Below, piece by piece: positions 46,158-57,535 of a stretch of DNA of 57,535 nt. The position numbers and the translations under genes are program-made. A model generated the notes under the pieces. The model was not told the origin of the DNA. It saw only the letters and a program-made list of their open reading frames with translations, and ran no database searches. Source of the DNA: Prorocentrum cordatum (Eukaryota). Position 1 is the stretch's first letter, and each line of letters opens with the position of its first letter. Where the stretch lies: positions 62,001 through 119,535 of the forward strand of contig CAUYUJ010000017.1 of assembly GCA_963575745.1 (NCBI GenBank). The letters run 5' to 3'.

Positions 46158-46847
46158 GGGAGGGTCGAGGGGGGCTCGATGGTCTGGGGGTGTTGTGGCA
46201 TGTGTCCCAGTGCCCTCGGGTGCTCTAGTGGGAGGGACGAGGATGGGTGACGATGGGGGGGCAGGAGGGATGAGGAGGAGCAAAACGAAACGCAGAGGAG
46301 GACAATGAGTAGAGAGGAGGAGAGGGACTCTGGGAATTTCTGAAGGCTTGAGGGATTGGGTGAGATCTGAAGGGTGCTGCAGCGCCCTCACGACAGGCCC
46401 GATCTTGAAAGCCCGTCGGTCCTCGGCCTTGCGGTTGAAACGATTACCTCGGCCTGCCTGTGTGAGATGCGACAGACCGTGTCGCAGTTGAAACCCACGG
46501 GCCCCTCTAGCCGGGGCCGCCAGGCTGCGAATGCTGTCCCGGTCCCGCTCAGGACCTCCCGGGGTCTGCGCCGTGGGAGCCATCACAAGTGCAGCCGGAC
46601 CCAAAGCCGAGGAGAGCGAGGACGAACACAGCACGTGGGGAAGACCGTGGAACGGGCGAGCCGCGCGCGAGATCCCTCCCACCCCAACTGCGGGGAAACG
46701 ACGGGGGGGGACCGGCCCAGCGGGAGACAACGGCCTGGAGTCAGCAATGCCTGGCCGATCGACCAGCTAGAGGCCCCCGATAGCGAAACCACACGTTCCT
46801 GGGCGGTGTGATCTGTCGGGCCCGCATCGGCGACGAACGGACGAGGT

Positions 46848-46882
<35 letters not shown>

Positions 46883-47805
46883 GAAATATTTGTTACAAAT
46901 GTGAATATAAACATGCATACATGTGTATGCATATGTATGTACGTGTGCATGCATAGCCGCAACCGTGACCTCTGCCACGTTGAGGCGTGGAATAATGCCA
47001 AGTGCTGCCTGGCATGGCTTCCGTAGTCTCCTTAAGGGCCTCACCCACCACTCTCGTCGCACCCCCTCGCGTACACCACCCCTACTCCTGGAGGTCCCTG
47101 GGTGGCCATGGCGTTTCCCTGGGGGTCACGAAGACTGTCAAGACGGTCCAGGAAGGCGATCAAAGCCGCCAAGACAGCCGCGCATGCCGTTAAAACTGCC
47201 TGAGTTGGCTCTAAGACGGACCAATTCGGCTTCATGACGGCACATGAGTGCCTCAAGATTGCCCAAAAAGGCCCCAAGACGGCTCAGGATGATCCACGAG
47301 AAGCCGCAGGGGAGGCCGAGAAGGTAGAATCCATCTGTTGTCATATTTTGTTCCACTGTTTTACGAATAGTCACTCTTATGGGCGTCCGTCAGCTCTAGA
47401 CGGCCCGGAAGGTCTTCACGATCGCCTCAAGTGGGCCCATGAAAGCTCGAAGGGTTCACAACCGTCCAAGACGGCCTCAAGAAGGCCCAAGAGGGCGCAG
47501 GGCCGCTCCAGGAGAGCCCCAGGGCGGCCCGAGAGGTACCTCGAGGGACCCATAACGGGCTGAGAGAGCCCCTCGACGGCCCCCAAACGGTCCCAAGCGA
47601 ACCTCCAGACGGCCAAGAGATCCCCAACACGGCCTGAGGAAGCCCCAAGACGGCCAAGAGGGCCACGAGACGGCCTAAGAGAATTCCAATCTGATTCATT
47701 GGTACTCCAAGACGGCCGGCCCATCTCCAAGACAGAGCACTGTCTGAGCTGGCGCCGCTGCACTGCTGCGCTGGCACGGTGGCGAGGCTTGCCGCTGTCA
47801 GCTGG

Positions 47806-48580
47806 CACACACATATATGTATATGTGTATATATTTATACATATACTTACATGTGTGGATGTATATGTATATACAGGAATCAATATATGCGTGTATGTAT
47901 GTATATACGCATGCATGCATGTATATGTATATATGTAGGTGTGCGTGGGTGTGTATAGGCAATGTTGCAAGTATGCATGCATGTATGTAGGTAAGCCGAC
48001 AGGTAGGTAGGTAAGCAGGTAGGTAGGTAGGTCGGTATAGGAAGGAAGGTTGGTAGGTTGGCTGGTGAGTATGTATGTATGTATGCATGCATGCATGTAT
48101 GCATGTGGGTGTATGTGTGCATGCATGCATGCATGCATGCATGTATGTATGTATGCATGCGTGTATGTACATGCAGACATGCATCGAGCTGTACATCTAA
48201 ACGCGCTCATGGATGAATGCCATACATAAATACATACACATACACACATAGATATACATGCACACGTACATAAGTGCAACCATGCACATATACGAACGTA
48301 CGTACGCACACATGTATATATATATACATATATATACGTGTGTATATATACACACACACGTACAGGCATGCATACATTAATGCACACACGTACATCTATA
48401 CATGCATACATGCATGCATGCACAGATACGTACATACATGCATACATACATGCATGCACACATACAAACAAGCACGCACACAGACAGACAGACAGACAGA
48501 CAGACAGACGGACAGACAGAGAGACAGACAGACAGACAGGCAGGCAGACAGACAGACAGACTGATAGACAGATGTACATA
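47806..48580. repeat. Compound (TATG)n/(GTAG)n/(CATA)n/(CAGA)n microsatellite
   Basis: Direct inspection; strand switch near 48190. Confidence 0.95.
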
Positions 48581-48899
48581 CAGCGGTGGCGCAGGTCTGT
48601 GAGCGGCGTTTGCAGGGGGGAGGCCCCTCTGGGGCCCAAGGCCGCGAGCGGCAAACCTGCCTGCATCCTGCATCCACGTCCTCGCGGTCCCGACTCCAGG
48701 GCGCGACCACGTGGAAACGAGGTCGCGTGGATACGTTTCGCGTGGGGCATCCGCGAAAGCACGCCCAACATTCGCGGATCCGCGTTGCCCGGGGCCTGGC
48801 CCGCGAGGCCGTGGATGTGGATGTGTCTCCGGCCCCCGGCCAGGATCTGGCCGACTCGAGCGCGCACCCTCCCCGGAACGACGACTGCGACATCGCGAA

Positions 48900-50215
48900 G
48901 ACGACGAGCCAGACATACAAACGACTTGCCGGCAAGTCTTGAGTTGAGCGTGATGTGTGCCAGAGGTCTTCCTCTGCCCCGTCCAGCGAAGGAGCGCCCG
49001 GGACTGACACGAGCAACCTGCAGACGGCGCGGAAAAGGGGTCGTCGGCATCGCGGAAGGCCGCTGGTATAGATTACCATGGATTTTGAAACGGAACATGC
49101 AGCAGCTGGAGGCCCCTCGACTGTGGCCCGAGCAGCATGGGATCGAAAGATCGAAGCGCAGCACTGACGCATCGGCGGTACGCCGGCGACGTCGGGACGG
49201 GGATAACCGGGCTCTGGATCGCGCAACATCGGCGATGCGGCACGATCGATCCTCCGGCACCATCCGCTCTGTCCCATGTGGGCGGCCTAAGAGTTGCGTG
49301 GACAACACATGCGAGCGCAGCTTGTAAAACGCGTCCGGCTGACCGGTTGGCTCTGCCGAGCTCGCGGCTGCTGGCTGGGAGAGATCTCATATGCAGAAGA
49401 GTGCATGGACTGCAACGGATAGCGCTCTACGCCAAACTCACGACCTACGCCACACTCGCGGACGGGCCGCTCGAGGTCACAAGAAATCCAGGTGCCCCCT
49501 GTCATGAAGTATGTCCTCGAGCATTGTCGTACGCTCTCTAGTCAAGAAGGCAATCTAGGCGCGCAACCTTTGTGGCGCAATGTTAGTGGTGCTATATGTG
49601 TGGTGCAGCATACGTAGCGCGCAATGAATACCTCAATCTATGGTGTGCGAAGACCCCTGAACGACTTAGAACGGTCAACTCCAATACTCGAACAACCACT
49701 CAATCTACCAATCCGCAACTCGTTGGCAAAACCCAACTTGCGCAATGACGCACAGGCCCTTATCATGCAGATTCAAGGCTCGAGCGGGCGAGTATTGGTG
49801 GAGACGATGACATCGGCGACGACGGGGACGATGATAATGGTGGCAGCGATACATGACAAGGGCGACAACCACACCGATGTCGATGATGATGGTGATGATG
49901 AAGATGATGATGGCGACGGTGGTGATGACCATGATGATGACGACGACGTTGGTGATGATGGTGGAGGCGATGATGGTGATGATGAAGGGTGCAATGATGA
50001 TACTGGCGAGGATGGGGACGATGGTGCTGATAGTACCCACGAGGATGTGCGCGCTCAGATCAAAGAACAACGTGTTGCTGCGGCTGCTCCCATCGAGTTC
50101 GGCCACACATATACCTTGGAATGTGTACAACACCACTGGCTTTGCAACGTGCTCGGCATGCGCGCACGGAAACGCGCGCGTGCGGCCCGCATGGTAAGGT
50201 TCCGCAGTTGGTAGG
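48900..50215 (+). pseudogene. Decayed non-LTR retrotransposon RT and C-terminal fragment
   Basis: GIAEGRWYRLPW..EQHG..RSTDA (49040-49170) and LYAKL..VTR..CPLS (about 49425-49504; QGCPLS-like). GH..WLCNV follows at about 50100-50150, after an interrupting (GAT)n tract. Confidence 0.55.
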
Positions 50216-50304
50216 CGCGTGCCTGTTGTAGAAAGACCTCGACGTGCGCGCGCATGTGGCCCGCACGGTCTTGGCAATTGCGCGCGCAGAAACCTGTGGC
50301 TTCA

Positions 50305-50862
50305 CCAACCATCCCGTGGCTTCCCAAGACAGCGCCCCGCGTCACCTGACCTACCGCCCAGCTCCCTCCTCCGTCCTCCCATCCCTGCCCCTGCCCTCCG
50401 CGCGTCCATCTCGGCACACCCCTCACACGCGACGTGGCCCCATGGAGCTCCACGTAAGGCCCCCCGAGGGGGGGGGAGGCACCTGCGGCCCCCCTGCCGT
50501 TTCGGCACGCCCCTCACACGTCTCGTGGCCCCAGAAGGATCGCCAAACAAGGCCCCAGGGGTGCGGGGGGGGGGGGGCACATGCGGCTCCCCTGCCATGT
50601 CGGCACAGCCCTGACACGCTTCGTGGCCCCACGGGGAGCTCCAAGCAAGGCTCCAAAGGAGGGTGGGCACATGCTCCGCCTGCAACTCGGCACTCCCATC
50701 AAACGTCCCGTGGCCCCATAGGGAGAAAGCTCCAACTCAGGCCCCAGGGGTGGCGGTACCGCATGCGTCCCCAAGGCCCGCTTCGGCACACAACTCGGAA
50801 GTTCCGTGGCCCCGTAGGGAGCTCCACCGGCTGCCACAGTGGCAACGACCGCATGCGTCCCC
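50305..50862 (-). mobile_element. Inverted, diverged copy of the 90-bp-array composite element (about 5 units plus terminal module)
   Basis: TCGGCACACCCCTCACACG..CGTGGCCCCA.GGAGCTCCAC units; terminal CCAACCATCCCGTGG...AGCGCCCCGCGT at 50305-50342. Solo remnants at about 51053-51105 and 51885-52034. Confidence 0.7.
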
Positions 50863-51231
50863 AGGCTCATTCGGGCGCATCCGTTATTCGGCGGTGGACA
50901 AACCTCCCTTTACTGAAAACGGCCTGGGACCGACACCGACGGACCTGGACCCGCAAAAATGACGGCCGCGACGCCCCCTCGCGAACCGAGAACGGCCAAT
51001 TCCGTAATCGACGTGTCAGGGTCGGAGGTCTGTCCACCCCCAAGTTATACGCTAGGGAGCTCCACCGAAGACCCCATGGCAACGCCTGCGTGCACCACGC
51101 CCCACTCCGGAATCCCCCCACACTCGGGAGCGGCCAAGAGGGGGGGTGTCCAAGGGGGGGGGGGGGGGGGGGGCAAATCATGACCGGCGGCATGTGCGCG
51201 GCCCAGCGGGGTGCCAGGGACGTCATGAAAT

Positions 51232-51801
51232 TACCCCAGTGCGACCCTACCTAGAAGTTGGAGCCCCTAGGAAAGCAGCATTAGTTGCCATGCTATGCTA
51301 TGCTAAGCTATGCTATGCTATGCTATGCAATGCAATGCAATGCTACGCGATGCTGCGCTATGCTATGCTAAGCTATGCTATGCTATGCTACGCTATGCTA
51401 TGGCATGCTGCGCTGTGCTATGCTAAGCTTATGCTAAGCTATGCTAAGCTATGCCAAGCTGTGCTATGCCATGATATGCTATGACATGCTATGATATGCT
51501 ATGTTGCGCTATGCTTTGCTATGCTATGCTATGATTGGCTATGTTATGCTATGCTATGATATGTTAATGCATCGCTGCGCTATGCTATGCTAAGCTAAGC
51601 TAACCCTCTAGGCAGAGCCTAGGTAGGGAAGTACACCTATGCTAATGCTAAGCTAAGATGAGATAAGCAACGCTAAGCTAAGGAGACGTAATTGGGGGAA
51701 CCGCGGGGCGGATGCCGGGGGAACCGCCCGGGGCGAGCCCCACTGCCCGGCCCCTTTAAGCCAACAGAGTAAGAACCCTTCTAGGCAGAGCCTAGGTAGG
51801 G
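51232..51801 (-). mobile_element. Non-autonomous Helentron/DINE-like insertion containing (CTATG)n
   Basis: Interrupts a repeat that is intact at 12955-13094. CCCTACCTAG (51245-51254) is inverted to CTAGGTAGGG (51619-51628 and 51792-51801), and each of the latter overlaps the hairpin CTAGGC-AGA-GCCTAG. Confidence 0.6.
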
Positions 51802-53769
51802 AATAAGAAGAGGCGCCATGAGATCTGGGGAAATATCATGGCCTCCGCCATGATATCCACCCCCCATAGTCATCACCCCCCTCTTTGCCGCCCCCGACGC
51901 GCGCTTCGTGGCCCTTAAGGGGGCCTTCCACTCCACCAAGGAGCCCCAGCGGCAGAGCCCGCTTGCGCCCCAGCGCCCATCTCGGCACGCCCCTCTCACG
52001 CGTTGCATGGCCCCACGGGGAGCTCCGCCGAAGGCGATGTTCAAAGGGTGCGTCTCTCACAACAGCAACATATGGCTGGTGGTTCGATTCTTCGCCGGGA
52101 TGTTTACACGGCGCGAGCACCACTTTGTGATAGTTGTCGCAGCTTATTGCAAACATACGGGCTGGACTGAGGTTTACCATGTGCGGGAGTGGGGTACACA
52201 CGGTACCATGACATGCGCATTCGTTTAAAACCGATTTCGGACATCCGCCGAACCAGTCGGCGTGTGTGAGAGACCCTTCGACGCGAGGCCAGTCCAACCC
52301 AAACTGAAGTACGCCAGCCTCCTTTGAATCGTCGTCCTTGTAGAGATCGAGCAAGCAAGGGGGATCGAACAGTGGAGTACCTGCGTCGAAGGGAAGCCCC
52401 TTCCTGTGGCCCCTTCCCCGCAGGAAAAGGGTCCCAGAGGGGTGACAGGGGGTTGCCCCAGGGAGTGGTGCAAGGGGATGGTCCTGGGTGAACCTCCCCC
52501 CGGTCGGTCCCCCTGTGGAGACGGAAGACAAGGGGGGCGGTCTCCTTGTCTTGATCAGGGACAAGCCGTCCCAGCATTCCTATAGGCCTACCACGACACG
52601 TTCTCAGGACCCAGAGATCTTCCAATAACAGAAGCAATATTCTTATAACATGTAAACGGGACCTGTGCTAACACAAGACGGTCTCGGCCAGAAATGTTCT
52701 AAGAACACCTCGTGCAGACCACAAAAGGCTCCTGGAGCAGCATGCTTTGGAAGGCCCATGGGCGAGCCGGGACGCTTCGCCACCGCTTGACTGTCGGCGA
52801 TGGAGCGCCGGGCCCCATCCCCCGCCGCGGCCCCCGACCCCAGCGCCCCGGCCCTGGCCCCCCTGACCTTCCAGAGAGCTATCTTTTAGCACTGGAGACC
52901 TAAAAACCTGAAAAGCTGAGCGAGACAGCCATAAAACCAGGATGTAGATAATAGCTTTGGGATAGGTTTTTAAGTCGGGTGCTATTTTCTAGCCCTCCTG
53001 GAAGGTCTGGCCCCGGCCTCGGCCCACTGGCCTTCCGCCCCCGCGGCCCCGCCCCCCCGGCCCCGACCCCACGCCGAGCAACCTCGGCCCCGGCCCCGGC
53101 CCCGGCCTCGGAGACGGACGGCTCTCCTCCTCCTCCTCCTCTTGGTCCTCCTCCTCCTCCTCCTCCTCTTGATCCTCTTCCTTCTCCTCGTCCTCCTCCT
53201 CTGCAGTATGCGGAACTGCTCTGCGAGAGAACGTGAGAGCCTCGCTTCCAGGACTCTCCCGGGGAGCCCCGGTGCAGAAAAACGTGACAGTATACATGTG
53301 AGGAGTAAGACGCGTCTCACATGCAACCTCCTTGTTCTCATAAGCACTGGCGAAAATCTCGGGGGAGGGTCGGGATTGTGACTTTGGTTCACGCGCGTCG
53401 CACGGCTCAAGGCCGCGGGCCAGTTGTGTGGGCACGGACGCTCATCCAGGAGACAGGCGGTCCATCGTATGCTTTCGATTTCTTGAGATATGGACATGCG
53501 CCTGCGGCTGGAAGCGAGACTAAAAAACCAGAAAACGTAGTCAGCAGTCGTGAGCATCTACAGTATCTGCCAGGTCTGTCGTCAGCATCTATAGCATCTA
53601 GAGCACCTATAGCATCAACCCTCTCCTCCTCTTCCTCCGACGTTCCTTTTCCGTATACATAACTTCTCCCTGTCGCACCCCGAGGCCAGTTTTTAGGGCG
53701 GGCCGAGCGTTTCGCCTCACCATCTATGACCCAGAATCTCATACACCGACAGCAGTTTCACACATGGAA

Positions 53770-53877
53770 AGCGGGCCGTTTTCTAAATGTGGCTCCCGCC
53801 TTGGCGCCGCGCACATGCGTGCCAAACACTTATTTATTTATATCTACATATATACATACATACATACATACATACAT

Positions 53878-53916
<39 letters not shown>

Positions 53917-54490
53917 CACATATACACGACAAATCACGGATTGCGGGCGGGTGGTTTTCAAAATGTGGCTCTCGCCGTAGCGCCGCGCGCATTCGTTTCA
54001 AACATGTGCAAAAGTTCGGTCGTTTTCGAAATGTGGTGGATCTCGATTTCAACATGTGGTTATCGCCTTACCGCCACATGCATTCGTTTTAAACAATTGC
54101 AAGAGTTTCACATATTCAGGGCGGTTCCTGTTCAAAATGTGGCTGTCGCCTTAGCGCCGCGCACATTCGTTCTCTCAAAGATTGCGAGAATTGTACGGGT
54201 TCCCATGATCAGCGTAACTACCAGAAGTTATATGCCAGAAAAAGGGTTATAGGGGGTGCGCCAATTATGTTGATTCGCGGTGTTGAGATCCCAGGAAGCT
54301 GCGTTCTGGCACGATTTAGCGTTGGCATCCCGGAAACCATGTTTTGGCATGCTCCAGGGTCTTCAAACGGTTGTATTCCAAAGCGGCAGTTCCCTCAGTG
54401 GAAATGCACCGTTGCAGCGGCCTATGAAGAGGGAGCCTGGAGCGAGGGTTTGTTCCAACATCGTTGATGCCTCTTGGGCTTACAGTGGTC
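53770..54490 (-). repeat. Family F composite repeat, inverted (head plus ~5 units, interrupted by (CATA)n(CAGA)n)
   Basis: ATGTGGCTCTCGCC.TAGCGCCGCGCACATTCGTT units. Confidence 0.8.
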
Positions 54491-54699
54491 CTCCTCCTCC
54501 TCCTCTTTTTTCTCCTCCTCCTCATCTCCCTCCTCCTCCTCCTCCTCCTTCTGTTCCTCCTCCTCCCTCCTCCTCCTCCTCCTCCGCCTTCTCCTCAACC
54601 TCCACGCCTTTCCTTGCAAAAAAAATCTTGCCGGGCGCGCCCTCGGGCAGTCGGGAAGGGCGGGACGGGCGCCTCGCTGGAGACATCCTCACCACTCAC

Positions 54700-55238
54700 G
54701 GTCCCGAAGCCGAGAACCTGGCAGTTTTTACACACGAAGGCGGGTCGCTTCCCAGCCGTTCTGTGAACGTGGTTCTGGCCCCGGCACCGCGCCCAGTCTT
54801 CTCAAACGTGTGCAGGAGTTTCACGGAACGAGAGCGGCTCCTTTTCAAACATGTGGCGCTGGTTAGCGCCCCGCATTTTCGTGATACCAAGTTGAAGAAT
54901 TTCCCGGGCTCCCATAATGAACGTACCAGGTGAAGCGTTTCGGAATTGTTCTGGACTGTCAGGGCGCAACAGTTTCGTTGAGTTGCGTTGAGTCGCGGTG
55001 CCGACATCCCAGATGGTGTTCTGGCGCGATTGCGGACCGTCAAGACGCAACAATCAGATTGATTTGTGGCGCTGAACTCCCGAGAAATGTGTTGTGGCGC
55101 GCTTCAGGATCTTCAAGCGGTTGTTTCCCAACGGGGCACTTCCTTCTGGAAATGAATCCGTGTGGGGGCCTTTGAAGAGGGAGCTTGGAGGGGGAGGCAA
55201 CTCCAATACCGTTGATGAATCCCGAGTGCACGCTGGTC
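54700..55238 (-). repeat. Family F composite repeat, second inverted copy
   Basis: Head homologous to 45626-45945; abuts (CCT)n at 55239-55365. Confidence 0.7.
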
Positions 55239-55310
55239 CTCCTCCTCCCCCTCCTCCTCCTCCTCCTCCTCCTCCTCCTCCTCCTCCTCCTCCTCCTCCT
55301 CCTCCTCCTC

Positions 55311-55343
<33 letters not shown>

Positions 55344-55669
55344 TCCTCCTCCTCCATCTCCTCCTGCCTCCGTCGCTCGCCCATGTGCCGAGCCGGTGGC
55401 AGGGTCATCAACTCGTCGCTGTCGTTGTCGTCGTGATCGTCGCCGTGGTCGTTCTGGGTCGGCGGCACCGGCCGCAAAGCCTTCTTGATCACAACGGATG
55501 CTCCGCATGCTGTAACGTGCCAAATGCGAGGGGAAGGCGATAAAAGGGACTGGCCAGGATGGTACGAGCTCAACTGTAGTATGGGCAGTTCTGCGGAAGC
55601 ATGCTGAGAAGCGAGTATCCTGGCGAAAGAACCGGCCACATGCAAGTGTGCACACCGCATTGTGGGCAC

Positions 55670-56840
55670 CGCTTTCGGTGGAGCTCTTTGTGGGGCCACG
55701 AAACATGTGACTGGGGCCTTCGGTGAAGCTCTTTATGAGGCCACGAAGCGTGTGAGGGGTGTGCCGCAAAGGAGCGCGGCCGCCATGCGAACCCTGTCAA
55801 TGGGGCCTGGGGTGGAGCTCCCAATGAGGCCACGAAGCGTGTGAGGGGTGTGCCAGACTGGGGCGGGGCCGCTACGCGAACCCTGCGACAAGTGCCGTCG
55901 GTAAAAATCCCTATGAGACCACGAAGCGTGTGAGGAGTGTGCCGAAATGAAGCGGGGCCGCCACGCGATCCCTGCCGTTGGGGCCTTTGGTGGAGCTCAC
56001 TATGGGGCCACGAAGCGTTTGAAGGGTGTACCAAAATGGGGCGGGGCCGCCATGCGAACCCAGTACTCGGGCCTTCAATGCGGCTCCCTATGAGGCCACG
56101 AAGCGTGTGAGAGGAGTGTGCCACACTGAGGCGGGGCTGCCATGCGAACCCTACCACTGGGGCTGCCGATAGGACCACGAAGCGTGTGCGGGGTGCGCAG
56201 GAATGAAAGCGGACCGCCATACGAACACTGCCAAGGTCGTCGGTGGAGCTCACAGGGGCTACGAAGCGTGTGAGGCGTATGTGCCGAAATGGGGCGGGGC
56301 CACCATACGAAGCCTGCCACTCAAGCATCCTGTGGAGCTCCCTATGGAGCCACAAAGCGCGTGAGGGGTGCGCCGCAATGGGGCGGGGCCGCCATGCGAA
56401 CCCTGCCAATGGGGACGTCGGTGGAGCTCCCTATAAGGCCACAGAACGCGTGTGGGGTTTGCCGAAACGGGGCGGGGCGGCCATACAAACCCTGCCACTG
56501 AGGCCTTCTGTGGATCTCCCTATGGGGCTACGAAGCGTGTGAGGAACCTGTGTGTGTGTGTCGAAATGGGGCGGGGCCGCCACGCGAACCCTGCCACTGG
56601 AGCCCCGTATGGGGCCACGAAACGTGAAATGGGGCGGGGCCGCCATGCGAAACCTGCCACTGAGACCTTCAGTGGAGCGCCACGAAACGTGTGAAGGGTG
56701 TGACGACATCGGCTTGCGAGGTCAGAGGCAAAGATGGTTAGGAGGGAGGAGGGAGGAGGAGGGAGGGGAGGAATGAAGGAAGGAGACGCGGGGCGCTGCT
56801 GGCTCAAAACGAAAACCCACCACCACAGGATCGTCGGGAA
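55670..56840 (+). mobile_element. Diverged copy of the 90-bp-array composite element (about 12 units plus terminal module)
   Basis: GGTGGAGCTCCCTATGGGGCCACGAAGCGTGTGAGGGGTGTGCCGAAATGGGGCGGGGCCGCCATGCG units; terminal module at 56786-56840. Confidence 0.75.
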
Positions 56841-56957
56841 CAGTACTAGCAAGCGTGGAGCCCCCACAGGGAGTAACTGCACCGTGGAGGTGCAGTAACT
56901 GTGTGGTGCAAGCCGTGCGGCGTGAGCTCCGTGGTGCAGGCCATGCTGTGTAAAGTT

Positions 56958-57128
56958 AGGGCGTATAGTTTATGCACCTAATCTCTGTAGGGCAACGAAC
57001 TCTATACACCGACGCTGTTCCCGACCCTGCGCTGAAATTCGCACAAGAACGCGGATTCTGGTGTATACGGGATCCTGGTGTATACATCTTTCGATGTTTC
57101 CCTTGGAAAACGGAGGAAAGTATACACC
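56958..57128. repeat. GGTGTATAC / GTATACACC motif cluster; relatives at 38740-38859 and 18229-18282
   Basis: Several direct and inverted copies of the 9-mer. Confidence 0.5.
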
Positions 57129-57535
57129 ACACCACCCCGACGTCGTCCCTGACCCTTAAAAAGTCGCGGGATTGACAATCAACCCGCAACTGGTAATGTT
57201 TTTGTTCCAGCTTGCGACTATGCGCCAGGGAGGGCCCCCCCGAGCAGGAAACGAAACCCCTTCTCCACCTCTCGGGTCGGGCGAAAGGGGGGGATAGCAA
57301 CGGGGGAATTGGAGAATCAGCTCACGTAGCTGGTTTTCCCGGCGCCTCCCGGCGCCGGAGGCGCCCATGTATCGAGGAATGGGCCCCTCGGTGGGACCAA
57401 AACCAGCGGCAAGCAGCAGATTTCGTAACCCCCCCTTTCCCAATCCCCACTTTCGCCCGGCCCGAGATGGGGGCTGAATGATGGAGGAAGGGAGGAGGAG
57501 GAGGAGGAGGAGGAGGAGGAGGAGGAGGAGGAGGA

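Noticed and set aside
47416..49308. 630-aa ORF
   Set aside because: It runs through tetranucleotide microsatellites and antisense to an RT relic.

Overview
This is a eukaryotic, GC-rich and very repeat-dense window with one 100-N gap (33820-33919). GC and GA splice donors, tiny exons in multi-kb introns and abundant (GGA/TCC)n tracts point to a dinoflagellate genome (Prorocentrum-like; inference). Almost all ORFs in the supplied track are artefacts of simple repeats. What the sequence supports: (1) a minus-strand gene missed by the ORF track, with at least 7 phase-compatible micro-exons (38-76 nt) between 31651 and 14635 that splice into about 137 aa of a protein I do not recognise; (2) three decayed non-LTR (LINE-type) retrotransposon relics, one nearly full length (about 39350-45030, minus); (3) two large tandem arrays, a palindrome-based higher-order array at 1-1420 and a 90-bp array at 1873-3546 that belongs to a dispersed composite element; (4) a Helentron/DINE-like insertion at 51232-51801 whose empty site is present at about 13010; (5) about ten families of short inverted-repeat (MITE-like) elements and many micro/minisatellites. 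I found no rRNA, tRNA or CRISPR-Cas locus. All alignments and counts were done by eye.
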